Shown here: one piece after another, positions 1 through 11,132 of the stretch | How positions within the stretch are numbered: position 1 is the stretch's first letter | Layout: each line of letters starts with the position of its first letter | Source of the DNA: an uncultured Chloroflexia bacterium | GTDB taxonomy: Bacteria; Chloroflexota; Anaerolineae; B4-G1; SLSP01 | Direction: 5' to 3' | Assembly: GCA_963751345.1 (NCBI GenBank) | Contig: CAVVUS010000022.1 | Span: 96,001 to 160,000 of the forward strand | Length of the DNA: 64,000 bases | Program-made: the position numbers and the translations under genes | The notes under the pieces: model-generated | Database searches by the model: none | Seen by the model: only the letters and a program-made list of their open reading frames with translations | What the model was told of the DNA's origin: nothing

Positions 1-699
1 CGGCGCAAACTCCTCCGGTGCGGCGATGCGCATCGTGGCCGACAGCGGTGCCTGACCGGTCAATGCGTGGTACATCGTGGCGCCCACGCTGTACAGATCG
101 CTCCGGGGCTCCGTGTGGCCCGCCGAGACGTCGTATTGCTCGGGGGGCGCATACTGGGGTGTACCAACCCCCCGAACCGCCGTCCTCGTCCGGGGATCGT
201 TCGGATTCCAAAGCTTGACCAACCCAAAATCGACCAGCACCGCATTCCTGTCGGGGCCGATGATGATGTTCTGCGGCTTGATATCACGGTGGATCACGCC
301 CTGGCCATGGCAGTACGAAAGCGCCTCGAGCAATTGGCCGGACCAGGCGACAACCTGTGGCTCCGGGATCGGTCCCACCTGCTTGATCAGATCCGCCAGG
401 CTCTGACCCTCGACATACTTCATCACCAGGTAGACAGTTCGGCCCTCGTGAAAATAGTCGGTCACGCCGACAAGATGTGGGTGGCTGAGGCGGGCAAGAA
501 CCGTGGCCTCTTGCTGGAACTGCATCTGGAGATCGCGCAGGGCCTCCGTATCGAGATCTGGCTGAGCGACCATCTCCTTCAACGCCACGAGCACGTTGAG
601 GCGCATATCCCAAGCACGGTAGACGGCGCCCATGCCTCCCCGACCCAATTGTGATACCACTCGATAGCGGTCTTGAAGTATGTCGCCCGGATTTAGCAT
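1..699 (-). CDS. Hanks-type Ser/Thr protein kinase (3' end runs off the window)
   Basis: Manual translation from ATG at 699: MLNPGDILQDRYRVVSQLGRGGMGAVY...VALKE...IHRDIKPQNII...VLVDFGLVK...GTPQYAPPEQ...SDLYSVG. All catalytic motifs are intact. Missing from the ORF track because the stop lies outside the window. Confidence 0.95.
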   Translation of the reverse strand, partial: MLNPGDILQDRYRVVSQLGRGGMGAVYRAWDMRLNVLVALKEMVAQPDLDTEALRDLQMQFQQEATVLARLSHPHLVGVTDYFHEGRTVYLVMKYVEGQSLADLIKQVGPIPEPQVVAWSGQLLEALSYCHGQGVIHRDIKPQNIIIGPDRNAVLVDFGLVKLWNPNDPRTRTAVRGVGTPQYAPPEQYDVSAGHTEPRSDLYSVGATMYHALTGQAPLSATMRIAAPEEFAP

Positions 700-780
700 G
701 GTGCCCCCAATCGTAAGAACTAACTGGCCCGTGTTGCCGTCAGCGACGGCCCCGCCCTGGATGACGCAGTGGCACGGGGC

Positions 781-2769
781 CTACTGTGCTTCCTGCGCAA
801 TCTGCACGAGTACCACCGAGATATTGTCATACCCGCCGGCCTCTTTCGCCAAAGAGACCAACTGATCGCACGCAGCTTGAGGTGAGGCGGCTTCACGCCA
901 CACCTGCCAGATCACGTTGTCCAGCACCATATCGCTGAGGCCATCCGAACAGAGCAGAATCGCCTCGCCGGGTGACAGGACGACGTCGAACAGATCCATC
1001 GCCAGATCCGGTGTATCCCCCATCACCCTGTAGATGACACTCTTTTGGGGGTGGTGCCGTGCCTCCTCCGGCGTAAGCTGCCCAATCTCTATCAGGCGCT
1101 GAACCAGCGAGTGGTCGGTCGTGATCTGCTGAATGGCCTGGGGCTTGAGCCAGTAGGCCCGGCTGTCGCCCACATTGAGAACCGTCGCCGCACGCCCCAC
1201 GATGAGCGCCATCACGAGGGTGGAGCCCATATCGTTGGATGCAGCCTGCCTTTCGTCGAAGACGGCCTGGTTAGCCGCCTTGGCGGCACGGGCCAGCCAC
1301 GCCTCGGCATCCAGCGCCTCGCCGGACGACGCTACACGGCGCAGGTCATCTGCATACTTGGCTATGGCCTCGACAGTAGTGTGGCTGGCGACGTCTCCCG
1401 CGGCGTGCCCGCCCACTCCATCGGCCACCACGAAAGCACCCACCGATAATTTCGGTGGTTCGCGTTGAGCGGCGCTCGTCTCCGTGAGGTCAATCACTAG
1501 GACACTGTCCTCGTTGAGCTTGCGGACGTGCCCCACATCCGTCCGCTGGCCGACGATGAACCGGGTGGGCTCGTGTTGCACCTGCTGTTCGCGTGCCTGT
1601 TCCAGCGCCACGGCAAAATCCCCGGCCCGGAGGAGGCCGTGCGACTGCAGGACCTGCGACAGCAGCCGCGCCACAGACTCCGGCAGCATCGCCTTGGTCT
1701 GAGACCGGGCGGCGGCGTCCTGCCCATCACTGCCGGTAGCCAGCATCGACAACATTTGCGCAAGCTCCCGCACATTTGCCGCAACTCGGGCTACACGTCC
1801 ACCGTTTCCCTCGGCAGGTATAAACGAGACCCCACCGAAACACAGCCAGCGAGCTTCATCGCCATCTACGATCGCGTCATCCAGCGAGATACGATCGAGA
1901 ATCACCTCATGATCGTGAAGGTACGCCAGGCCATGTGCCAGGGAGACGCCCCAGTCCAGCACCGCACCTATGGGTTGAGGTCGATCGATCTGTGAAGCCA
2001 GGGGATGCCGGATAATCGGCTCTATCTGAAAATACCTCGGCTGGCCAAAGGAAGTCTCGGTAAATACGGCCACGGGGGTGACCACGGCCCGGTGTGCCAG
2101 CTGCCCACTGAGCAGTTCTGCGGTAGCTGCAAACACCTGGGGGTCAAGCGCCTCGCGTGCCAGCAGGGTCGGGGGAGAAGACGTGGGCTCCGGCAGCTTT
2201 GCACCACATCGACTGCAGAATTGCTTCTCGCTCCCTTCAGCCGGCGCATAGCACCGCTCGCATAGGGTGAGCGACGATGTCGCCTTGACTTCGTAGACCG
2301 TACCACCGGCGGTGGAAGCTCGCATCTTGAGGATCACGAATCTTCCCTCATCCAGGACCGTACCTTTGGGGAGCGTGTCACTATCAGCAGCACGAGGGCT
2401 GCGACCGGCCTGGGGGCGTGGTGTCCGTTCGAGCCGGTTACGCCTGCGCTGGCGGCCCCGAATCAACAGAAAGACGCCGATACCCGTCACAACGAAAAGC
2501 AAGCCTCCTGTACCCGCCAACAGGATCGGCGTTATCTGGGTCGAGCTGAATGCCGCCAAACCACCATCGTTGCCGGGTAGAAGGATTCCTGCCGGGGTCG
2601 GACTACCCAGTGGAGACTGCATGGGCACGGGAGAGATCAGAGATGACTGCCCCGCACTGCCGGGCGGGCCCGGCAAATTGAGATCACAGGCCAGTAACAG
2701 CAGAAAGGCCCCCAGCCCTCCGAGCATGAGCGTCGAACGTCGCAGAAGCGTTGTGCGTCCAGGGAGCAT
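781..2769 (-). CDS. Membrane-anchored PP2C/Stp1-family phosphatase with zinc ribbon and degenerate kinase-like domain
   Basis: C-terminal PP2C motifs RKLNEDS, VADGVGGH, NVGDSRAY, DHSLV, LLCSDGL, GGYDN; CxxC..CxxC zinc ribbon; kinase-like segment (LAHGLAYLH); N-terminal hydrophobic segments. Confidence 0.9.
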   Translation of the reverse strand: MLPGRTTLLRRSTLMLGGLGAFLLLLACDLNLPGPPGSAGQSSLISPVPMQSPLGSPTPAGILLPGNDGGLAAFSSTQITPILLAGTGGLLFVVTGIGVFLLIRGRQRRRNRLERTPRPQAGRSPRAADSDTLPKGTVLDEGRFVILKMRASTAGGTVYEVKATSSLTLCERCYAPAEGSEKQFCSRCGAKLPEPTSSPPTLLAREALDPQVFAATAELLSGQLAHRAVVTPVAVFTETSFGQPRYFQIEPIIRHPLASQIDRPQPIGAVLDWGVSLAHGLAYLHDHEVILDRISLDDAIVDGDEARWLCFGGVSFIPAEGNGGRVARVAANVRELAQMLSMLATGSDGQDAAARSQTKAMLPESVARLLSQVLQSHGLLRAGDFAVALEQAREQQVQHEPTRFIVGQRTDVGHVRKLNEDSVLVIDLTETSAAQREPPKLSVGAFVVADGVGGHAAGDVASHTTVEAIAKYADDLRRVASSGEALDAEAWLARAAKAANQAVFDERQAASNDMGSTLVMALIVGRAATVLNVGDSRAYWLKPQAIQQITTDHSLVQRLIEIGQLTPEEARHHPQKSVIYRVMGDTPDLAMDLFDVVLSPGEAILLCSDGLSDMVLDNVIWQVWREAASPQAACDQLVSLAKEAGGYDNISVVLVQIAQEAQ

Positions 2770-2864
2770 GCCTAACCCCTCATCCTGCGGCGTCCTGCCG
2801 CGGTTTTGTACCTATGATAGTCACGATCCGCGAAACAATCAATCAGACCATTCGATGACCCTTC

Positions 2865-3585
2865 TCAGCGCTCGTATAGGCCCATCAATGTCGCCTGCTC
2901 CAGCACGTGACCCTCCATCGCCGCCAGAAGCGCAGCCTTGTCGGTGACATCGGGCGCCAGGTCAAGAACGACGTCGAGCGCGTAGAGGTTGAAGAAATAC
3001 CGATGGGACCCGTTAGGAGGACACGGCCCACCATAGCCCGGCTTGGGCCAACTGTTCTGTCCTTGCTCTGTGCCGTCGGAGAGGACCGCTTCCACGGGGA
3101 TGCCTTCGGGAAGCGACTGAGCACTCGCCGGGATGTTGTAGATCACCCAGTGGACCCAGACACCCGATGGAGCATCGGGATCGTCGACGACCAGCGCAAA
3201 GCTCGCGGTTCCATCAGGGCTACCTACCCACGTCAGTGCGGGAGACGTGTCCTGTCCATCGCACGTATAAGCAGTGGGAATCGTCCCTCCATCCTCAAAG
3301 GCGGGACTGCTCAGAACCAAAGTGGACGAGATTACGTCATCCTCAACCGGTCCCGCAGGCGCCTGCAGGCGTCACGGTAACAGTCTCGGTTGGCAAGGCT
3401 ATCGTGGCGGGTGCCTGCGGCGCCTCCGAAGTTGCAGTTAGTGCAACTTCGGAGGCTGGCACCGGCGGGGCTGCGGCAGGTGTACCTGAAGCCGTGCATC
3501 CTACGACCAACACGCCAAGGATCAACACTGAGACCAGCGCAAGCACGGCTGGACGTGTTGTCCTCTCCGAAGTCAAGTCAACCAT
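2865..3585 (-). CDS. YbhB/YbcL (PEBP, Raf-kinase-inhibitor-like) lipoprotein; frameshift near 3330-3345
   Basis: SPAF, YTCDG, DDPDAP, WVHWV, YGGPCPP, HRYFF motifs in ORF 2865-3320. The upstream ORF supplies a signal peptide with lipobox-like VVGC and a Pro/Thr/Ala linker. Confidence 0.85.
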
Positions 3586-3690
3586 CGACGACCCCTCGAC
3601 AAGCCGGCAGTAGGTCCCACCATGACCTGCGAATCTCATCCCTAGGGTGAAAAGGCGCCCTACCTCGTCCGTACGGCGCGCCCGGCGCTC

Positions 3691-4644
3691 CTACTGCTCC
3701 GTGATCTCGATCGTATGGATCAGCGTGCCGGGCGCCGTGGCCGTCTGGGGATCGCGCAAGCTGATCTGGTTCAGCACATCCATCCCCTCGACCACCTTAC
3801 CGAAGATGGTGTGCATGCCGTCCAACCAAGGCGTCGCCGCGTAGGTGATGAAGAATTGGCTGCCGTTGGTGTTGGGGCCTGCGTTGGCCATCGACACGAC
3901 GCCTGGGCCATCGTGCTTCAATGAGCTGACAAACTCATCGCTAAAGGAATAGCCGGGGCCACCCGTGCCTGTTCCCGTCGGGTCGCCGGCTTGCGCCATG
4001 AAGCCCGCGATCACCCGGTGGAACGTTGTGTTGTCATAGAATCCCTGACGTGCCAGAAATACGAAGTTGTTCACGGTGTTCGGTACCTGATCGGCATATA
4101 GCTGAATACGGATATCGCCCTTCTCAGTCTTAATGGTGGCGAAGTACTGCTTAGTGGGATCGATCGCCATAGCTGGAGGTGAACTATACATTCCGTTGCG
4201 TGCGGCTGGATCTGCTGGCATATTCTGGTTACTCCCTGTTGTAGTAGGCTGTGCGTTCGTATTTGCGGCAGCATCCGGGGCCGGGCCGGCGGATGCATTC
4301 CGATTCCGTCCAAGACCGATGACCACGAGGACCACGACGATGGCGACGACAACGAGCCCGCCAACAATGGCAAGCCAGGGCGTCCTGCGCCCGATCGCAC
4401 CCGCACCAGATCCTGACAGCGAAGAACGCATTTTGCTGCCCATCGAGAACCCGCCGCGCTTCTGCGGCGACTTACCGGCCTTGCCTGTGCGGGATCCGCC
4501 GGCAGGCGTCTTGCTACCGCCGGACCCGGGTGTCTTTCTGTACGTCTGACCAGCCTTGGCCGAGGATGAACGTGGCTTTCCTGTCGTCGTATTTGACTTG
4601 GGTCTTGAGGTCTTGCTGCTCCGGCTATTCTTGCTCTTGGACAT
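3691..4644 (-). CDS. Cyclophilin-type peptidyl-prolyl isomerase with basic N-terminal tail and TM anchor
   Basis: [47 protein letters not shown]; TM helix [21 protein letters not shown]. Confidence 0.93.
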   Translation of the reverse strand: MSKSKNSRSSKTSRPKSNTTTGKPRSSSAKAGQTYRKTPGSGGSKTPAGGSRTGKAGKSPQKRGGFSMGSKMRSSLSGSGAGAIGRRTPWLAIVGGLVVVAIVVVLVVIGLGRNRNASAGPAPDAAANTNAQPTTTGSNQNMPADPAARNGMYSSPPAMAIDPTKQYFATIKTEKGDIRIQLYADQVPNTVNNFVFLARQGFYDNTTFHRVIAGFMAQAGDPTGTGTGGPGYSFSDEFVSSLKHDGPGVVSMANAGPNTNGSQFFITYAATPWLDGMHTIFGKVVEGMDVLNQISLRDPQTATAPGTLIHTIEITEQ

Positions 4645-4720
4645 ATCTCCTCCACGCCTGATGTGGGCCTGATTCTAACCGATTCCATTACAAAGGCCAG
4701 GCAACTCAACCTTGCAGAGA

Positions 4721-5903
4721 TCAGGGGATCTTGGCAAGGCTTCGCGGCAATCCTACCAGGAGCGCGACCGGCCCCAAGCAGAGCAGCCACATCGCTGCCT
4801 GCAGGTCCACGCGCTGGGCGATCACTCCCAATGCCCACGGCAACAGGGCTCCCACTAAGCCGAAGACATTGTACACCGCAAGCAGGGTGCCGCTTCGCCC
4901 GGGCATCGTCGCGTAGAGTCGCGCTTGGAGGATCGAGTACCATCCGGCATTGAAGAAACCAAGGAGGGCCAGCACCCCGAGCTTCGCCCCAAACGAACGC
5001 AGCCCGAGAAAGGCGACAAATAGGACAAGCTCAACTACGGCGCTCAACCGTAGATACCGGATGCCATCCACGTGGTCGAGCAGGCGGATCAACAGGAAAT
5101 CACCCAGAAGACCTACCCCGGTCCACACCGCAACAGCCATGGAAGCTTGCGCGGCAGAAGTCCCACCGACGTCCACGAAATAGAGCGCTAGAAATCCCAG
5201 AAGGACGTCCAGCATCAGGTCAGAAAACTGCAGCAGCACCAGCCAGCGCAGCACCTCGCCACGACGTAGCGCCGACGGCACCGCCTTCAGACTCTCGATC
5301 AAGCCTGGCTGCGCCTCAGCAGCTGCGGCAGGACCCTCAGGCCGGGACGTCACCGGGGGACGAGATCTCCAGGCCAGGCCCAGCATCACGACCGCTACCA
5401 CAGAAGTCGCTGCAAACATCGCGCGCCAGCCCAAGACTCAGCGCTGCCAGACCTCCCAGGGCGAGAGGGCCCAGGACTACACCAAGGGACCCCGCAAACG
5501 TCCAGCGGGCCATGTTCTTCTCCCGCTGTAGTGGGTCGGAATCCATCAAGGTTGCCTGGGAGAGGCTCACAAATGCACCCGAAGCAGGGCTGAGCATCGC
5601 GAAACTGACCAGCAGCCATCCATAGCTCCTGCTGGTGCTTACCAGGAGCAGGGCCAGTGCGAAGATCAGACCACCTCCGAGGATCAGGGCCCGACGCCGC
5701 CAAACATCCCCCAGGATACCGAAGATAGGTTCGGTGAGGCCCGACACGATGCGTGGAAGCCCCAACAGGACCCCGATCTGGGCATACGTCAGCAGAAGAT
5801 CCCTGCGCAGGAGAGGCCAGGCGGCCTCCCGCGACCCGTAGACAAACTCGTCGAGGAACTCAATGGCCAGGAGGACGATTAGGAACCGGGCACCCGTGCC
5901 CAT
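4721..5903 (-). CDS. MFS transporter (frameshift near 5430)
   Basis: Two overlapping hydrophobic ORFs; MFS motif A-like GILGDVWRRR; about 12 TM segments combined. Confidence 0.85.
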
Positions 5904-5979
5904 GATGGCGAACCGGACCCTTCAGAGAAGTGCAATGAGAGCGCGAGACCCGAGTTAGGTCTCGCGCCGGATGCCAGAC

Positions 5980-7262
5980 CTACTCGTAGTCGGTATCGAC
6001 CCACTCGAATTCGTAGTCGGCGATCTTCACCGTATCGCCCTCTTGGACGCCCGCATCGCGCAAAGCAGAGATCACGCCCTGGTGATCGAGGTAGTTGTGA
6101 AAACGCATCAGCGCCTCGTAGTACTCGGTCCGGGCTCGGGCAGCCGCACGCTCGATCCTCCCACCCACGACACGCCACGTGTCCGTCACCCTCCTGGACA
6201 ATCCGAAAGCCCTCGTCATCGAGCGACGGGCGCACTACCACCGGCGTCGTTCGCTCCAAGACTGCCTCGGGGGCCTCCTGAACCATCTGGTAAGCCAGAC
6301 CCATCAACTGGCGTGTGTTCTCCCGCGTGAGACCCGAGATGGCAATCACCTGATCATACCCCAGCTCGAGCAGCACGGACTTGTAGGCGGGGACCATGTC
6401 CCGAACGCCCGGGATGTCGAGTTTGTTGATCGCCACGATCTGCGGCTTGCCTATGAGCCCGTGGCCGAAGTCCTTCAGTTCTTGGTTGATCGCTTCGAAG
6501 TCTTCGATCGGGTCGAGCGTGCTGCCATCCAGAACGTGAATCAGCACGCGCGTGCGCTCGATGTGTCGCAGGAACTCGTGGCCCAACCCCTTGCCCAAGC
6601 TGGCACCCTCGATAAGCCCGGGCAGATCTGCCATAACGAAGGTCTCGTTTGATCCCTAACGCGACAACCCCCAGGTTAGGCTGCAGGGTGGTGAAGGGAT
6701 ACGGCGCAATGTTGGGCGTGGCTGCCGTCGTCACAGAGAGCAACGTCGATTTCCCCGCGTTGGGCTTCCCGACAAGGCCGACGTCAGCAAGCAACTTGAG
6801 TTCCAGCCGGAGCGATCTCTCCTCGCCGGGATCGCCATTCTCGGCGATGCGCGGCGCTTGGTTGGTTGAGGTCGCGAAGCGCGCGTTGCCGCGCCCACCG
6901 CGCCCGCCAACGGCGACGACGGCCCGCTGGTCGGGTTCCGTCAGATCCGCTACCACCGCCTCGGTCGCCTCATCGATCACCAATGTGCCCGGAGGCACCG
7001 GCAGCAGCAAGTCCGCGCCGCCACCGCCGTGCATCGTCTTGATCAGACCCGGCTGCCCATCCTCAGCCGCGAACTCCTTCTGATGCGCGAAATGATAGAG
7101 CGTATTGAGATGCGGATTGACGAAGAAGACTACGTCCCCACCGCGACCACCATCGCCGCCTGAGGGACCGCCGAACGGAATATACTTCTCACGCCGGAAA
7201 GCGACGGCACCTTTGCCACCGTGTCCGGCCACGACATGAATCTTTACCTGATCATAGAACAT
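5980..7262 (-). CDS. obgE: GTPase ObgE/CgtA with C-terminal extension (two frameshifts)
   Basis: [70 protein letters not shown] spread over three ORFs. Confidence 0.95.
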
Positions 7263-7328
7263 AGTGAGTCCATGTTACTTGACAAACGCCCAAAGTCAAT
7301 CGTTGTGACGGACAGATAGGCCACACAG

Positions 7329-7365
7329 GCACCTGCCTGCCAGGCTAAGCCTGGCAGGCAGGTGC
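7329..7365. terminator. 17-bp perfect inverted repeat downstream of the large glycosidase gene
   Basis: GCACCTGCCTGCCAGGC-TAA-GCCTGGCAGGCAGGTGC; no clear U-tract. Confidence 0.6.
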
Positions 7366-7402
7366 GATCAAAGCCAAGCCGGGACCGCTTCAGCCGCTGG
7401 CG

Positions 7403-10400
7403 CTAACGCGACCCCAGTACGTTGTGCAAAGTCTCGCAGGCCGGGCACCCACCGCCCGGGCGGATGATGGCAAACCCATCCTGGGGATCGGTGCCGTACC
7501 GTACGAAGTCGATATTCCATACGATAATGGTCCGCACCATCCCTGTGTTCACGCTCAACTGTACAGCTTCGGCGAGCCACGCGGCCTGCTCGGAGTTATC
7601 CGTACCACGAGCCCAGGCGAACTGATCAGAGAACGTCGGCACACCCTCCTGGGAGGCATATCCCATCTCGGTATAGAAGATCTGGCGAGTCCCGTGGAAG
7701 ATATTGTAGTAGAGCCGGGTCTGCGGGAGGAAGAACCACGAGTGATGGGTATCCGTTGGATTCGCGGGGTGACCGATGGTCGCCGAAGGCGACGTGGCGC
7801 CCGCATTGTGGTGCGCGCCGATGAAGTCCATACAATTAGCCGCACCGGCGGCGTAGAGTCCCTCCATCCAGGGCTGGTCGTCACAACCGTTGGGGCCGCA
7901 TCCACCAAACCAACCGGTGGGGGCGGGAGCGGCACTGATGACCGCCGTGCCGCCGTTGGCACCCTTGATCGCGTTGTACGACTTGCAGAGGAGTTGAGTA
8001 TAGGCTTGCGGGCTGATCATCCCAATCTGCCATTCACGGTCGATATTGGGTTCGTTCCAGACCTCGACGGCGTCGGCACCCGCTGCAGCCAGACCGGCAG
8101 TCCACGCAGCGAACTTATCCTCAAAGCCTGCTTGCGCGCTCATCGCAGCTCCGCCGATGGCGCTCAACTGGATCTTGAAGCCGGCGGCGTGTGCGGCATT
8201 GATGATGCCCGCTGCGCCCTCGCCATAGTGAACCTGGATCTTCACCCAGGTCATGCCGGCATAGTGCATCTTGTCGCCGTAAGGCATCCCCAAGTCCCGG
8301 ATATGCCCACCCAACTCAAATGAGCCACTGGCGACAGGCTGTGGCGCGACGACGGGTTGCGCAGCCGCGGGTGGCGGCGTCGCAGGCGCCTCGCCGACCT
8401 GGATCAGCACGTATGCGGAGCCACCCTGGATGCTCTTGCTTGCCGCGCGCAGTTCCCAGACGCTCTTGTAACTGCCGTCCCCGTCCGGCGCCGTCATATC
8501 GACACTAATGTCGACCTCTTCGCCGCTCTTGACAGCCCCGACCTCGACCTCTGCCTCGGCGCTCAGCTCATCGCCGCTGGCGAACGCCAGCACGGTCCCC
8601 TCGGGCCAGTCGGCGCTTCCCGAGTTCCGCATGCGCCAGGTCTTTGTGAACGCCTCGCCCTTATCGAAGTGCGTGTTATCTGGAACCGATACATCGGAAA
8701 CGTAACTGGCCTTGAGCGTCGCGTCGACCTCGGTCGAGGTCTCAGTCCCAGCATCGACCGGCGTCTCGCTATCGGCGCCGATATCGCCCTCTGCCACCGT
8801 GTCCGTAATCACCGGTGCGGGCGCAGACACGAGGATCTGCAGCGAGCCCTTATCCAGTCCCCCCACGGTCGCGGCAATCTGGTATGTCCCCGTGACCTCG
8901 GGTGCCGTCCACAGATAGTCTGGTTGGCTGAGCGTGGTTGTGGCCTGAGTCGGCAGGCCTGTCGGCCCCGTCACCTGCCACGCGACCTCGGGCAAGACAG
9001 ACGCCGTGCCACTGCCGACAGTCTGGAGAGAGGAGAGTGCTGGAATCAGCCCCGCGACGTTCCCAGGATCAAGGAGGTTTCGCAACACCGCACCACCAAG
9101 TTGGTAGCGCGTCGACATCTCCATACGGGCGAGGAGCCATTGAGGTGTTCCCAGCCAGTAGTGCTGATTACCGATCGTCACGCTGTGTTGCCTGGGTCGT
9201 AGCATCGTTCTCGATTTCGGCGCCGTCCCCCAGGCTGAGGCTCACCTTCGTGCCCGGCAGCACGCTCTCCGTCAGCGTCTGCTGCGCCCTGAACCTCCCC
9301 AAGCGAGGCCAGCACGGCATCTACCGACAGAACCTGATCTCCGTCTGTAGAGAGTGTCGAGTAAACTGGCACGAACTTGTGCCGGTCAACCTGCGTAACG
9401 GCCCATGAGACCAAACTGTTCGACATCGCCACCCGGCGTATAGGCCGAGGGTGCCAGAGGCATCACGACGCGGAGTTGGTCGACGGCAGCCCCCAGGGCC
9501 GCCCAATCGTAGCCACCCGTATCCCACGTCCCGTCGGCTGCCTGCTCTGGCGCATCTACCACCACGGCCAGATCAAGCCCGGCCGCGCCAAACGCAGCAC
9601 CCAATTCACGGATGAACTCACTATAGGCCGCACGATCCTGAGGGGGTACCTGTTGGTAGTCCACGACCAGGCCCGGATAGCCTCCGTCCTGAACGAGCGA
9701 CAGCAGGTTGGCAACGTGGGCGGACCTATCCGTATCCAGCGCGACCATATCACTTACCAGTTCCCAATTGGCCTCACGTCCGGGCAACCAGTTGCGCACC
9801 ATCGGCACCACGAGCGTCTCACCGCCCGCCGAGGCAGCGGGAAGGTCGTCAAGCGTGCCCGTCGTGCCTCCCATCGTCCCAATGAGAACGCCCGGCACGT
9901 CGGCCTCCCCGATCGCGGGGTCCAGCCCATCGGCGGGCCACGTCTCTACCTCAGTCACGATATGCTGCACACTCGACGTGCTTTGCATCACGATCACCGA
10001 TGCTGGAAGCGCGATCGACCTGGGAGACCAACACCTCTCCAGCTCGGTCAAGTTGCGTAGGCAGCCACTGCCAGGTCGCACCATCCCACGCGTAGAGATC
10101 CAATGTGTCCCATGGCTCCGACTCGTTGGGGATCACCACCGTCATGATCCCGCCTACGGGATCCTTTGTCTTCACATCGATGGTGTAGTAAGGGCCCTTG
10201 GGTTCCAGGTAGTCCGGGACTGCCTCGACAGCGCTACTCAAGGCATCGGGCACAGAGCCGGCCACGAAATCGGCACGCGGGACCGAGCCAAGCTTGATCC
10301 GAAGCCGCCCCGTGGCATCGGCCGCGCGAGAGACGGTCAAGCCGTCGGGATGGGCCACGGAAGTTGTCGCATCGTCCAGTACCGTATAGCCACCCCCGCC

Positions 10401-10928
10401 CAACCGTGAGGCAAGCGAGACTGGGGGCAGGAATAGGAACACGACAACCAGAAGGGCGACGACACCCGCGATAGCCCACCATCGTTCCTGCAGGAAGGAT
10501 CTGACTCCTGACAAGCCGGCACCGTCAGTCTCTCGCTTGGGACGACGAGCCGTCTCCAGCTCCGCGATACTCACCAAGGTAGAGGCCGGCGCGGGATCCG
10601 GGGCAACCGCGACCGTGGGTTCTTTTGAAGGCGTGACGGCGAAGGCCACCTCGCGCAACGCCTCGGTCTTCCGCTTCTGCGACGGGAGACCCATCCTCCA
10701 TCTCGTCCGCCGACGGCACAGACACGGGTTGGGGGTGGCGGGGCAAGTTCCGCGTCCGCAGGTACTTCGGGTTCAGCTTCGAGTCGGGTCGTAGTCGAGT
10801 CGGCCCCGGCTTCAGTATCCGCGGACGTCCCGTCCGGCGACGGCTCGCCCGCGGTCGGTCTTGGCTGGCATCATCTCAGGTTCTGGCTGCGATTCGACGA
10901 CTTCGTTTGGTTGATATTCGTCGCTCAT
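7403..10928 (-). CDS. Large membrane-anchored protein: GH18-like barrel, NBR1-like Ig domain and clan GH-A-like glycosidase barrel (several frameshifts)
   Basis: GGAGGT RBS before ATG 10928; TM WWAIAGVVALLVVVFLFL; GH18-like GYPGLVVDYQ..YDWAALGAAVD; NBR1-like DVSVPDNT..FTKTWRMRNSGSADW; VEVWNEPN and YTEMGY catalytic motifs. Confidence 0.75.
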
Positions 10929-11088
10929 TCATACCTCCGGTTCGGGATTGTCTGCTGAGGCGGGAACCATCCAAGCAGACTGAGCTGTCAGCGTCCCACG
11001 ATGCCACGCGGGAACATATCCCGCGATAAGCATAGGCTGGGGCAATGTGGGAGAGCCAAACATAAATCTGATGGCGCGAACAATCTGC

Positions 11089-11116
11089 ATTCTATCATAG
11101 GACAGAATACTGACAA
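11089..11116 (-). promoter_or_regulatory. Sigma70-type promoter for the large glycosidase gene
   Basis: TTGTCA-16 nt-TAGAAT with TG extension on the minus strand. Confidence 0.55.
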
Positions 11117-11132
11117 GCGACGGAGAACAGGG

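Noticed and set aside
2440-2525. LAGTG plus TM plus basic cluster resembling a sortase signal
   Set aside because: It is internal and followed by about 550 aa of cytoplasmic domains; an ordinary TM with positive-inside residues is simpler.
5980-7262. obgE and other split genes as pseudogenes or programmed frameshifts
   Set aside because: Motifs are intact and breaks are scattered across unrelated genes, consistent with sequencing error.
10935-11000. CCCGAACC and GACAGCT words reminiscent of the c-di-AMP (ydaO) riboswitch
   Set aside because: The words are in the wrong order and the other conserved blocks are missing.
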